This document shows positions 38,044 through 51,030 of a DNA stretch of 64,000 nucleotides, piece by piece; the first letter of the stretch is position 1, and each line of letters starts with the position of its first letter. The notes under the pieces are model-generated. The model saw only the letters and a list, made by a program, of their open reading frames with translations. It did not search any database and was not told where the DNA came from. Origin of the DNA: Squalus acanthias (taxonomy: Eukaryota); the NCBI GenBank assembly GCA_030390025.1, contig CM059425.1, forward strand, positions 178,128,001 to 178,192,000, written 5' to 3'. A program made the translations under genes and the position numbers.

Positions 38044-38809
38044 GGCCCAGAAATTAGGCTCCCTGGCTTCCCGCGGGTGCAAGGATCCCGTGCGCACCTA
38101 CCTACCGCGCCTGCCGTTGACCCCTGGGCCCACGGGGACTTCAGCTCCTGGGCCTGCTCCAACTGCCGGCGCGCAGTGCTTGTGTATCCCAGGGGCGTAG
38201 TTAGTGCGATGCATCCCCTGGGATCACGTGGGCCATGGAGAGCCAATGGCAGCAGACCATCTTTCATTCATAGATTTGACAGGAAGACCTGTCAAATCTA
38301 TGAATTGAAATCGGCCCCAAAACAACACCTAAACTTCAAATAATTTTTTTAAAAAACCATCACATTTTTAAAATAACTATAAGTTAAATAAATTAACTAC
38401 TTTAAACAAAAATTTAAATTTTTGAAAAAATTAAAAAACTTTTTAACAGTGCTAAAAATAAACTTACCTTTCTTTAAAGTATCTAAAAAAGATAAACCTG
38501 TTGAAAAAATTTTAAAATTGTAGTTAATTAACCACTTACCTTGTTAAAAACGGGTCTTGTGCCTCCTATTTAAAAGCGCAGCTTCTTCCATACTTACCTT
38601 CCCGGAGAAACCTGAAAAAAAACCTAAGTTCGCTGCGTGCGCGCAGCCTCTCCCGTGCACGCGGTTCACCTCTGAACCCCTCCCTTCACGAGACCGGAAG
38701 TTCCGGTTTCCCGCGGATGCGCAGTGCATGCAGGAAACCGGCACTTCAGGAGGCCTTACGGGTGAGTACACAGTGCGTACTCACCCGGCAAGTGCCGAAT
38801 TTTTGGCCC
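38044..38809 (+). mobile_element. PIF/Harbinger MITE family C (TSD AAT)
   Basis: GGCCCAGAAATT...AATTTTTGGCCC with AAT on both sides; reverse copy at 51031. Confidence 0.88.
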
Positions 38810-39585
38810 AATAGATCCAGCATCCATCACAACTTTGCTTATTCTTTTGGCTTTGGTGGTCTCCTCCAGTATGGGCCCTATTCCTTCACTTTGGTTTCAC
38901 AAGGAGCAGTCCAATGAATCACTTGCACACAGTTCACACAATGGATGATTTGCACCAACAATGCAACATGCACAATGACTAGGGGGTTGAAAGTTTGTGA
39001 GGATTCTCCTGCTCATCTGGCGTAACTTTGGTGGAAGAGCCATGGAAATCCTTGAATAATGGCATCAATGCGGTTTATGCTCTTTTTGCGAGGTTTCCAT
39101 GACTTTTCCACCAAAATTACAGCATACGAGCGGGAGGACCTCCATAAAAGTTTACCCCAGATCCTTATTCCAACCTTCACAATTCGATATTTTTCCACAA
39201 GTATTAATTCAAAGTGCAGAAAAATATGTATTTTGAATACTATCAGCATTTACTGGAAGTTTCCGCCTCTTTTTTCTGAGCCTATTAAAGGATGTCATGA
39301 GGTGCTACCATATGAAAGCTCAATGACTTCTCCCTCTGCTATTTTAGTGGAGGCATTAACCCAGTTAAAATAAATAAGCCAACACCCCACTAAAATAAAT
39401 GAGAGGAAATTGCCATTTGAATGTGGTAAGCTCTTGTACAAGTAGTATTCCAGACGTAGTTTCAGAGCCAGGGGAGTAGAATTTCCCTGAGGTTTCCGCA
39501 AATCTACCACCCAAGTTATGACAGACAATCAGAACCCCCGTGGCGTTAATCATTAAACGTATCATTATTTCAGATTAAACAATAT

Positions 39586-40481
39586 GGGGGAAAAATTCAG
39601 TATCGCCCCATTTGGGGCGCAGTTATCGGCCGTGCACAAAGTTTAGCGCCTGGCGCTAATTATCGCCTTCGACTGCAAACTTGGCTTTTATCGTCCCTGG
39701 AGATGATTGGAGCGCTAAATCAGGCGCTACACACACCTGTCTTAAGGCGCAAAGGGCGAGGAGCAAGGCGCTACCTCAGAGCGCTGGCGAAGCTCATGTG
39801 ATGTCAGTCAGCAATGGAACACAGACACAATGGCGCCAGCCAATTCTTAAAGGGGAGGGTTGATCTTGCTCTCCATCCACATCCTGCTCATTGCAGCCTT
39901 GAATCTTGGCCTGGAGAGACCTGTACATCAAATCTGCTGGAAAGAACAATGGAGAGAACCAGAGAAAGATCTTAGAGTGCAACCCCCACAGTCTCTTCTA
40001 AATCGATACAAGGAAGGGCAAATCAAAATGAACCTGCAAAGTGCTGCTCAGTACCCAAAACTCCTTCACACAGCATTGAATCTCTCCAGAAGTCTCTCTC
40101 TCTCTCTCTCTCAGAATGTGTGGTTCAAAAATGTCACCAACAAAAAAAGGCAGGAAGTGGTCGCCTTTAAATAGCACTCCCCCAGTCCCTTCCTGACTGC
40201 AAAACGCTTCCCTCAACCTGTCGTTGCTAGCGGCAGGCGGTAAGGCAAGGGGCGCCACTCAATATCCGCTCCGGGGCGCTACCGGACGTTGCGCACTCGA
40301 CTGACGTCACGATCTGCCGGTGCAGGAGATCGTGGCGGTAGTGTTTAGCGCTGCTGCAAAATGTCTAATTAATTTCGCGAGCGGCGCAAACATTGCCTCG
40401 TCCGGGCGCTAGTTGCTTTGCGCCCCATTAGCGCCCTCTTAAGGCACTAACAGGAGGCGCAACCAACTGAATTTTTCCCCC
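39586..40481 (+). mobile_element. PIF/Harbinger MITE family A, copy 4
   Basis: Perfect 16-bp TIR GGGGGAAAAATTCAGT / ACTGAATTTTTCCCCC. Confidence 0.92.
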
Positions 40482-40544
40482 ATTGCATCATTTTACCAAC
40501 CCATTGACTAGGTTTTGAACTAATCTAAATCTTCTTCCTATTAA

Positions 40545-40965
40545 TAGAGATCTTTAAAATTATGAAGAGGTTTGATAGGGTAGGCGTAGAGAAGATGTTT
40601 CCACTGGTGGGGAGTCCAAAACTAGGAGTCATATATAAATAAGATAGTCACTAATAAATCCAATCGGGAATTCAGGAGAAACTTTTTAACCCATTAGAAT
40701 GTGAAATTTGCTATCAGATGGAGTAGTTGCGGTGAATAGCATAGATGCGTTTAAGGCCAAGCTAGATAAGTACATGAGGGAGCAAGGAATGGAAGGATAT
40801 GCTGATAGTGTCAGATGAAGTAGGGTGGGAGGAGGCTCATGTGGAGCATAAACACTGGCATAGACCAGTTCGGCTGAATGGCCTATTTCTGTGTAATTCT
40901 ATGTAATTTAGCGCCTTTCACAACCTCAGGACGTCCCAAACGCTTTACAGCCAATTAAGTACTTT
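40545..40965 (+). mobile_element. Old CR1 3' fragment followed by a minus-strand SINE/L2-type tail
   Basis: CR1 3' UTR to about 40905, then agcgcctttcacaacctcaggacgtcccaaa. Confidence 0.6.
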
Positions 40966-41618
40966 TAATGATTAAGTAATCCTATGTAGTTACAATTTCT
41001 CATGGTTTTGTTATTCATCAATATTTAACACTCATTAATCTCTCATGTAATTACAACTGGGAAGTCAAAACCAAGTGCTGTATTCAGGTCATGCAGGGTT
41101 AGAGGGTGGGGGGATAATTGGACCCAGACAGGGGGATGAGGGAAAGGGTGGGGGTAAAGATTTGCAGAGAGGGGGAGGAGGAGATCAATGGGGAGGGGAT
41201 CGGTTGCCTGTTATACAACCTGTCCGATTTTCCCTTCCGTTAACTTCACTGGGAAGAAGATCTGGGTGGCGTGTATAATGGGTGGCCGATCCGCTACCGT
41301 TCATTATTGTGGCCATATCGAAGTTGAATTTTACCTCCGTTGAGTTTGGAGGTCACAAAGGCATGAATTTCAGCAGATTAACTGAGGAAAGTGCTGAGGT
41401 AGGGGAAGTTACGGAGATGGAACTTAGACAGTCCTTGTGATGGAAACCTGAAATATGAGTTTTCCATGCATTTTGAAATGGAAACTTGCAATCCACCCAA
41501 TCATTTGAATCTATAATAGATGGTAGTGTAAGGTTAACAAACTGTTCTTTATTGCAAATGTCGAGGAGTCACAGTAAATAAATATCACTGACTTGCTTCT
41601 ACTTAATTTGCCATCCAG

Positions 41619-41729
41619 ATTATTGTTCGGTAATACTCTTAACACAGTGTGTCAACTTGATCTAAAGGACTGTGTGGATCGAGCAACAGGTCTTTATTCG
41701 CAGTTCATGAGTAATCCAGCTAATAATAC
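41619..41729 (+). CDS. LVRN: M1 aminopeptidase exon F, 111 nt
   Basis: ccag|A...AC|gtaagt; LLFGNTLNTVCQLDLKDCVDRATGLYSQFMSNPANNT with the C-x6-C pair seen in M1 C-terminal domains. Confidence 0.9.
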
Positions 41730-41770
41730 GTAAGTATTGCAAAATTACAAAAATCAACAAAAAACATTAA

Positions 41771-43484
41771 GGGGGAAAAATTTGGTTGATTAGCACCTCC
41801 TGTCAGCTGCCACCTGGGTCCCCACGGTTTCTCTACAAGTCAACCATCCTCTGCAACGAGGCAAGGATGGGCTTGAGGGTTTGCGCACAGATGACAGCTG
41901 TGCTGGCGACGGACTCCTCCACGCTCCTAGCCAGTGCATCCATGCTCTTGGGCACCCTTGCCATTGCACCCATGAGTTCAGTATGCATGCTCATCGCCTG
42001 AGTATTCATCGCCGCGATATCGAGGTCCTCCTCCGAGTCCTGTGCAGCAGAACTCGTGCACGCACTCACCCTCCGGGGAGATGGCCCCCGAGTTTCCCTT
42101 CCCCCATGGTGTTGCTGCAGCCCGCTGGGTCCTGGAGCTTCACCCACATCAGAGCCATTTCCTCTGCTCCCCTCCAGCGGTGGCACAAGTATCGGATGTC
42201 TCGCCCTCGGGAGGTGCAGGCAGTGAGGCTCCGGCTTGGTGTTCCTCCTCCTTTCCCGCGTCGCTGCCACTGGGAGGCTGAGGGACAGGCTAGTCAGATG
42301 GTGGCTCACTATCTGAAAGCAGGAAGGTACAAGAGTGGCTTTAATGTGAGGGCAGGGGAGCAGGAAGGGAGCAAGGAATGGAGACAGTATAGTTAGATGG
42401 AAAGTGGGAAAGGCTCGTGTTGTGAGGGGGAAGTGGTATGAGCGAGGAGAGAGAGATGATGAACATACTGTTGCTGTCCCCAAGGGGTCGACCTCTCCAA
42501 CTGCCACAGCACCCACGACATGGCTCGTGATTAGTCTGTGAACTCGCTCCTCCAGCTGTGTGAGGGGGTGCAGCTCCGCCTGTCCTCCTCCCATGTGTTG
42601 TTGCTCCCTCCTGTTATGAGACAGCTTGGCCTGCAAGAAAAAGGACAGCGTGTGAGTGAGTGTGCAGCCATTGGTTTGGCAGATGTGCCTAACATAGTTG
42701 AATAGCCATTAATGTCTGCAAGATGTGAGATGTGGATGTGACTTTTAGTAGATGGGCATAGTTGTTGGGTGAGTGTTGGGAATTTGGTACTTTATACCGT
42801 CTGTGCACGGAGTGAGGTTGAGATGGTGGGATGGAGAGGTTTTTCAAGCATCTACTCACCCTGACCACCCGAGTGAGGTTGTTGAACCTCTTGCGGCATT
42901 GGGTGTGAGTCCTTTGGACCAGGCTTCTGGACGATACGTAATGGGCCACCTCCCTCCACATCCTTGTGAACTCCCGGGGCAATGGGCTCCTGCCAGAGTC
43001 TGGAAATAGTTCTGCCCATCGGCGTTCCACAGCCACAACCAGAGCCACCAATGCCGCTAAACTGGCGAGCTCTCTCCCTGGGCCTCTGAGCAGCCATGAT
43101 AATCGTTGTTGAAGATTTGCACCTCCTTGCAGGCCCAGGTCAAACGCAGCAATGATAACAACTTAGATGACGGGATATAGAGCCACGATTATACAAAGAT
43201 AGGCAGCATTGTAAGTAGTATAGATGAAAGCAGCAAGATGGACCCTGCCCTTTAAGAACTAGAAGGCGCCAGTCTGTCTGAGTACAAAGTAATTGACATC
43301 ACCTAAGCTTGAGTAGGGCTCTGAGGTCGCGCCCCATTCCTCGACGTTAGCACCCTAAGCGAAGTGTGTAGCGCTTGATTTAGTGCTCCAATGACCTCCA
43401 GAGGCGCTGGAGACGAATTTCCTGGTCGCCGGCAATAATTTGCACCGGGCGTTAAATTTTGCGCCCGGCCGATATTAGCGCCCC
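41771..43484 (-). mobile_element. Internally deleted PIF/Harbinger element carrying a Myb/SANT-like gene
   Basis: TAA then GGGGGAAAAATT terminus at 41771; 43240-43484 is colinear with the family A left end; the other terminus is lost at a CR1 junction. Confidence 0.85.
41833..43097 (-). pseudogene. Harbinger Myb/SANT-like DNA-binding protein pseudogene with introns
   Basis: MAAQRPRERARQFS, frameshift, then ALVVAVERRWAELF...WREVA..VSS.....RT.TQCRKRFNNL; donor gtgagt after 42860; acceptor tttcttgcag before 42630. Confidence 0.8.
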
Positions 43485-46400
43485 ATATCCCTTATTACCT
43501 TTGGTTAACAGAAATGTATCAATCTCAGATTTAAAATTAACAATTGATCTAGCATCAACTGCGGAAGAGAGTTCCAAATGTCCACCACCCTTTGTGTGTA
43601 GAAGTGTTTCTTAACTTCACTTCTGAAAGAACTGGCTCTAATTTTTAAGCTATGTACCTTACTCCTAGATTCCCTAACCAGCGGAAATAATTTCTCTCTA
43701 TCTACCCAATCAGTTCCCCTTAATATCTTGAAAACTTTGATCAAGACACCCCTTAATCTTTTAAATTCCAGGGAATACAACCTTAATTTGTGTAATCTCT
43801 CCTCGTAATTTAACGCTTTGTGTCCAGGTATCATTCCAGTAAATCTATGTTGCACTTCTTCCAAGGCCAATATATACCTCCTGAGGTCCAGAATGGAACA
43901 CAGTTCTCCAGGTGTGGTGTGGTCTAATCAGGGCTTTGTATAGCTGTAGCACAACTTTTATCCCCTTGTATTCTAGTCCTCTAGATAAAGAAGCCAGCAT
44001 TCCATTAGCCTTTTTGATTATTTTTTGTTACTGTCCATGACATTTTAATATTCCATGTACTTGGACCCCTACGTCTCTTTGGACCTCCCTTGCTGCTAGC
44101 TTTTCACCATTTAGAAAGTACTCTGATCTATCCTTCTTAGGTCCAAAGTGGATGACCCCACACGTGCCTATATTGAAATCCATTTGCCACCGTTTTACCA
44201 ATTCACTTAATTTATTAATACCTCTTTGTAATTTTATGCTTTCATCTATATTACTTACAATGCTGCCTATCTTTGTATAATCGTGGCTCTATATCCCGTC
44301 ATCTAAGTCATTAATAAATACGTGAATTTTTTTAATATTCGTTCCTGCAATGTGGGCATCGCTGGCAAGGCCAGCAATTATTGCCCATCCATAATTGCTC
44401 TTGAGAAGCTGGTTGTGAGTCGCCTTCTTGAACCGCTGCAGTCCATGAGATGAAGGTACTCCCATAATGCAGTTCGGTAGGGAGTTCCAGGATTTTGACC
44501 CAGCAACGATGAAGGAACGGTGATATATTTCCAAGTCAGGATGGTGTGTGACTTGGAGGGGAACTTGGAGGTGGTGGTGTTCCCATGCACCTGCTGCCCT
44601 TGTCCTTCTAGGTGGTAGCGGTCGCGGGTTTGGGAGGTGCTGTCGAAGAAGCCTTGGCAAGTTGCTACAGTGCATCTTGTAGATGGTACACACTGCAGCC
44701 ACGGTATGCCGGTGGTGGAGGGAGTGAATGTTTAAGGTGGTGGGTGGGGTGCCAATCAAGCAGGCTGCTTTGTCCTGGATGGATTCGAGCGTGAGTGTTG
44801 TTGGAGCTGCACTCATCCAGGCAACTGGAGAGTATTCCATCACACTCCTGACTTGTGCCTTGTAGATGGTGGAAAGGCTTTGGAGGTGAGTCAGGAGGTG
44901 AGACACTCATCGCAGCATACCCAGCCTCTGACCTGCTCTTGTAGCCACAGTATTTATGTGGCTGGTCCAGTTAAGTTTCTGGCCAATGGTGACCTCCAGG
45001 ATGTTGATGGTGGGGGATTCGGCGATGGTAATGCCATTGAATGTCAAGGGGCGGTGATTAGACTCTCGTTTGTTGGAGATAGTCATTGCCTGGCACTTGT
45101 GTGGCGCGAATATTACTTGCCACTTATCAGCCCAATCCTGAATGTCGTCCAGGTCTTGTTGCATGCGGGCATGGACTGCTTCATTATCTGAGGAGTTGCG
45201 AATGGCACTGAACACTGTGCAGTCATCAGCGAACATCCCCATTTCCGACCTTATGATGGAGGGAAGATCATTGATGAAGCAGCTGAAGATGGTTGGGCCT
45301 AGGACATTGCCCTGAGGAACTCCTGCAGCGATGTCCTGGGGCTAAGATAATTGACCCCCAACAAACAAAACCATCTTCCTTTGTGCTAGGTATGACTCCA
45401 GCCAGTGGCGAGTTTTCCCCCTGATTCCCATTGACTTCAATTTTACTAGGACTACTTGATGCTACACTTGGTCAAATGCTGCCTTGATGTCAAGTGCAAT
45501 CACTCTCAACTCACCTCTGGAATTCAGCTCTTTTGTTCATGTTTGGACCAAGGCTGTAATGAGGTCTGGAGCCGAGTGGTCCTGGCGGAACCCGAACTAA
45601 ACTTCGGTGAGCAGGATATTGGTGAGCAAGTGCCGCTTGATAGCACTGTCGACGACACCTTCCATCATTTTGCTGATTATTGAGTGTAGACTGATGGGGC
45701 AGTAGTTGGCCAGATTGGATTTGTCCTGCTTTTTGTGGGCAGGACATACCTGGGCAGTTTTCCACATTGTCAGGTAGATGCCAGTGTTGTAGCTGTACTG
45801 GAACAGCTTGGTTAGAGGCGCAGCTAGTTCTGGAGCACAAGTCTTCAGCACGACAGCGGGGATGTTGTCGGGGCCCATAGCCTTTGCTGTATCCAGTGCG
45901 CTCAGTCGTTTCTTGATATCACATGGAGTGAATCGAATTGGCTGAAGACTGGCTTCTGTGATGTTGGGGACCTCAGGAGGAGGCCGATATGGATCATCCA
46001 CTCAGCACTTCTGGCTGAAGATGGTTGCAAACACTTCAGCCTTGTCTTTTGCACTCCGCCATCATTAAGGATGAGGATATTCATGGAGCCTCCTCCTCCC
46101 GTTAGTTGTTTAATGGTCCACCACCATTCATGACTGGATGTGGCAGGACTGCAGAGCTTTGATCTGATCCGTTGGTTGTGGGGTCGTTTAGATCTGTCTA
46201 TAGCATGCTACTTCCGCTGTTTAGCATGTATGTAGTCCTGTGTTGCAGCTTCCCCAGGTTGGCACCTCATTTTTAGGTACGCCTGGTGCTGCTCCTGGCA
46301 TGCTCTTCTACACTCCTCATTGAACCAGGGTTGGTCCCCTGGCTTGATGATAATGGTAGAGTGAGGAACATGCTGGGACATGAGGTTACAAATTGTGATG

Positions 46401-47650
46401 GTATGCAATTCTGCTGCTGCTGATGGCCCACAGCGCCTCATGGGTGCCAAGTTTTGAGCTGCTAGATCTGTTCAGAACCTATCCCATTTAGCACGGTGGT
46501 AGTGCCACACAACACGATGGAGGGTGTCCTCAGTGTGAAGACGGACTTCGTCTCCACAAGGACTGTCCGGTGGTCACTCCTACCAATATTGTCATGGACA
46601 GATGCATCTGCGACAGGTAGATTGATGAGGACTAGGTCAAGTAGGTTTTTCCCTCGTGTTGGTTCTCTCACCACCTGCCGCAGGCCCAGTCTGGCAGCTA
46701 TGTCCTTCAGGACTCGGCCAGCTTAGTCAGTCGTGGTGCTACCGAGCCACTCTTGGTGATGGACATTGAAGTTCCCCACCCAGAGTACATTCTGTGCCCT
46801 TGCTACCCTCAGTGCTTCTTCCAAGTGGTGTTCAACACGGAGGTGTATTGATTCATCAACTGAGGGAGGTCGGTGAATAGTTGAGGTCCCAAACTGATCC
46901 TTGTGGGACTTCACTAGTCAAATACATACCTGCCCATTATCCTTCTTCTCTGTCTCCTGCCACTCAGCCAATTTCCTAACCAGGTCAATAATTTGCCCTC
47001 AATTCCATGAGCTTCAACTTTAGCTAAAAGCCTCTTATGAGGGACTTTATTGAATGCCTTCTGGAAATCCATATAAATAGAATCCATAGACATTTCTCTG
47101 TCTACTACTTTAGTCACCTCTTCAAAAAGTTTAATCAGGTTCGTCAGGCGTGACCTACCCTTTACAAATCCATGCTGGCTCTCTCTGATCAGCTGAAAAC
47201 TTTCAAGGTGTTCAGTCACTCCATCCTTAATTATAGACTCTAGTAATTTCCTGACAAAAGATGTTAGACTAACTGGTATATAATTCCCTGGATTACCTCT
47301 CTCACCTTTCTCAAATAGCGGAGTGACATGTGCAATTTTCCAATCTAAAGGAACGGTTCCTGATTCGAGAGAACTTTGGAAGATCATAGTTAGGGCATCT
47401 GCAATGTACTCACCTACTTCCTTTAAAACCCTGGGATGAAAACTGTCTGGTCCTGGGGAGTTGTCACTCTTTAGTACCATTATTTTCTTAATTGCTGTTA
47501 ATTTGCTTATGTTAATTATGGTGAGTTGCTGTCCCTGATTCAATATTAGTTACTTTGGGGTGTTCGGCATGCTACCCTCTTCCTCTACTGTAAATACTGA
47601 TGCAAAGTAATTATTCAACATGTCCACCATTTTTCTTATTTTCATCTACA
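43485..47650 (-). mobile_element. CR1 RT fragment split by a family B LINE
   Basis: ORFs 46914-47543(-) and 43505-43870(-). Confidence 0.88.
44328..46872 (-). mobile_element. LINE family B, longest copy (EN part and RT, degenerate)
   Basis: GNFNVHH, SDH, KAMGPDNIP, MFADD motifs; TSD GTGAAT at 44322-44327 and 46873-46878. The clade was not determined. Confidence 0.9.
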
Positions 47651-47892
47651 ACACTTAAGTGTACTGAACTAACAGCTGAAAGGAATTCTAGTTGACCATT
47701 AGGAGAATTTTATGAACTTGAGAAGATAGCGCTGCGTTCTTGGCAATGAGCCTCACCTGACAGGAGTGCATGTCGGAAATTCAGGCATAATCATCAGAAA
47801 ATTACCCTGAAATATTAATTTAATTGTACAGAATTTCTAGAATGACCAACTGAAGGAAAATATGAAAACATTGCCACATTCTTGTCTTTCAG

Positions 47893-48060
47893 AATTCCAA
47901 ATTATCTCAAAGAAATAATCTACTGTGAGGCCATTAAAACTGGCGCTGATAAAGAATGGAACTTTGCATGGACAATTTATCAGAATCGTACTTCAATAAC
48001 CGAGGATCGTGATTTACTTATGGCTATGGGTTGTAGTAGAGAACCATGGATTCTAACCAG
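47893..48060 (+). CDS. LVRN: M1 aminopeptidase exon G, 168 nt
   Basis: tttcag|A...AG|gtatta; IPNYLKEIIYCEAIKTGADKEWNFAWTIYQNRTSITEDRDLLMAMGCSREPWILTR (ERAP1_C-type motifs YC..I..G...EW and CS..PW.L). Confidence 0.92.
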
Positions 48061-48533
48061 GTATTATTTTTCCAGCATGTAATAACCCAGTGCTTTCTTT
48101 ATATCTTTATAATTTTTTTTAAAACTGTTGTGTTTCCTTTTTGTGCAATTTTGTTGGACAATTTTAATCATCTGTCCTTTTCTATTGTCACTTTCCAGAA
48201 GCCTTATGGGCTAATAGTGATCTTATTTCAAAAGTTACCTCATAGTTTTAAGGAATCTCGTTGGTCCTTTGTGATCCATGTGGCCATTCTGTTAGTCTCA
48301 TTTATCTAGCAATTTTATAGGCTGTTGGTAAGCACATGATCAACTTAATTAATCCAATGTTTAATTGGAAGAACACTGAACTAATGCCAATATAGGAAGG
48401 AAAGACAGGGGCATGGATTCATCTGCATGGATTCATTCATGGTTTATGGTAACTGCTCCTTATCAGCCCCTGGTGTCCCATGCTAATCTCTGCTCATTGG
48501 TTTTGAACACAGTGATAGGTCTGTGGAAACAAT

Positions 48534-49299
48534 GGGTCTGAATTTGCGATCGGAGGCTTTCAGCAGGCGGATGCCTCCGACCATCAAAAAATCTACGCAT
48601 TTACCTGGTGGTCCGGGAGATACGGAGGCTTGCGATCCTGGGCCTCTCCTGGTAGAAATGTGTAGAGGCCCACGTATCCCAGGGGCGCATGTGGTTCGCA
48701 AGCGCCCCTGGGATCACATGGGCCAGCCCAACCAATGAAAGAAGGGAATCCCCATTCATACTTATGCGAGTTCCGTATGTACGGAACTGTCATAAGTAGG
48801 AATGGGGATGACTTAAAAAATACACGAACACATGAAATAAAAAAAAATTTAAATTACATATATAAAATTAATTAAAACGGCACTTAATTAAATATTTTAA
48901 ACAAACATTTATTTTTTTGAAAAAAATATATGTTTTAACGGGGCTAAATATAAACTTATCTTATTGGACCGGGTTTTTAATGTATAAGTGAGTGATAACA
49001 TTTTATTTTTCTATTTTTTAAAACTCTTATGCTGGTAAAAGCGGGTCTTCCGCCTGCTTTTACCAGGCGTAAGAATTCCACGGCCTTTCAGCGGGCGGAA
49101 GTTGGGCAAACAGCGCAACTCTCCACCCACAGAAGCCCTTTTCCTGGGAATGCAGAGGATTTGTCAAGAAGATTCTTGACAGATCGCAAGTGCCGGGTTT
49201 CTGCACATGCGCTTCGCATGCCTAAACCCGGCACTTGCGCAGCCCCTACGGGCGCATTCGCACCTTGTACGCACCCGTAGTGGTCGCAAAATACGGCCC
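48534..49299 (+). mobile_element. PIF/Harbinger MITE family B, intact (TSD AAT)
   Basis: GGGTCTGAATTTGCGA...TCGCAAAATACGGCCC with AAT on both sides. Confidence 0.87.
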
Positions 49300-49876
49300 A
49301 ATGTAACTTAAAAATTTCATCTGTCCTTGGTCTGTGGTAACTACTGTTCATCTGTGCCTGGTAACAATTACAAAGTGGCATAGTAGTTCAGTTTCAAATG
49401 ATTTTTCTCGGGCAGCAAAAAAAACTCTTCAGAAATGTGTTAAGAGGTAGATAAATTTGGTAAGATAGCAGGAAATATATAAATATACACAAGGGATAAC
49501 TTTGCAAGGCTCTGCTTCTGGCATGATCGAACACAGAAAAAACAAGGTGAAAGGGTAGGTGTAAGAGAAGCATGGATGCAGAAGGTGGAATCGTAAATAA
49601 TGCTGGTAACATAGAACCCAGTAAGTTAGAGAGATAGCAGCAGCAGAGAAGTAACGGAGTAGAATTATCATAAAAAGAACGCAAGCCACAGGGACATGCA
49701 AAGTGCTTATCTGAACCAGCACGGGTGCACATATCTTCACCCGAACCCCTGAACAAGTCTTCGTCCCCCACCAGTTGATGAAGTTTTTGACCCTCTCCCC
49801 GCTGAGCCAGTTTTTAGCTAACCCCCCCACCCCACCCCGCGCTACGCAGGGTTTAGGCCCTAACTTCTCGCCCAGC

Positions 49877-50428
49877 TTTTTTAAAATTCGTTTATGGGAT
49901 CAGGGCGTCGCTGGCAAGGCCAGCATTTAGTGCCTATCCCTAGTTGCCCTTGAGAAGGTGGTGGTGAGCCGCCTTCTTGAACCGCTGCAGTCCGTGTGGT
50001 GATGGTACTCCCACAGTGCTGTTAGGTAGGGAGTTCCAGGATTTTGACCCAGCGATGATGAAAGTACGGCGATATACTTCTAAGTCAGGATGGTGTGTGA
50101 CTTGGAGGGGAACTTGGAGGTGATGGTGTTCCCATGCGCCTGCTGCCCTTGTCCTTCTAGGTGGAAGAGGTCATGGATTTGGGAGGTGCTGCTGAAGAAG
50201 CCTTGGCAAGTTGCTGCAGTGTATCTTGTAGATGGTACACACTGCAGCCACGGTACGCCGGTGATGAAGGGAGTGAATGTTTAAGGTGGTGGATGGGGTG
50301 CTAATCAAGCGGGCTGCTTTGTCCTGGATGGTTTTGAGCTTCTTCAGTGTTGTTGGAGCTGCACTCATCCAGGCAATGGGAGAGTATTCCATCACACTCC
50401 TTACTTGTGCCTTGGAGATGGTGGACAA
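49877..50428 (-). mobile_element. LINE family B 3' fragment
   Basis: KAQVRSVMEYSPIAWMSAAPTT; same 3' tail as the other copies. Confidence 0.87.
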
Positions 50429-51030
50429 GCTGAACAAGTTTTCACTGCTACCCCCCTCTGAAAGCCCCACAGTGAAGTTTGTGGAGAGATAAGGACAGAA
50501 TCTATGACAGAAACTCTCCACGATCAGCAAGAAAGGAGTGGAGGAGCAGTTAAAATGGAGCGGCTCCATTTCCAACACTGTTCCCGCCGATATCCCATTT
50601 CAATGTCGCTGATTTTGATAACCGATGAGCCTCTCCGAGCTGACATATGGGGGACCTTAACCGGCTCTTAAGCAGGGCGCCTGCGGTGGCCATCCTGCCA
50701 GTAAAGCTGCTGTCCTAAATCAACTTTACTTAGTGAGGCCCCAAGGAAAGTCTGAGCTTCTGCTGCCCTGGGCTGCTCCCATTCCCCAGCTGCGAGACCC
50801 TTGCAACAACCCCCCTCCTGGATTTACCTGGATGGACGTAGTTGATCTTCAAGCCCCTCCTTCCGGTGAACTGCTGCTTTCCACCCGAAACAGGCAAATA
50901 GCCGACTAGCAGCATTCAGATTTCTAGTTTAAACTAGTCAGTCTCCTGCGGCTTTGCCCATGCAGAGTGAAAACCAAGTGAATTCCCTGAATGTACGATA
51001 ATATTAAAGAATAATAAAATGAAATAAACT

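Noticed and set aside
41833..42636. 267-aa ORF as a host MSANTD/NAIF1-type gene
   Set aside because: It reads through an apparent intron, exon 1 is frameshifted and it lies within a Harbinger element.
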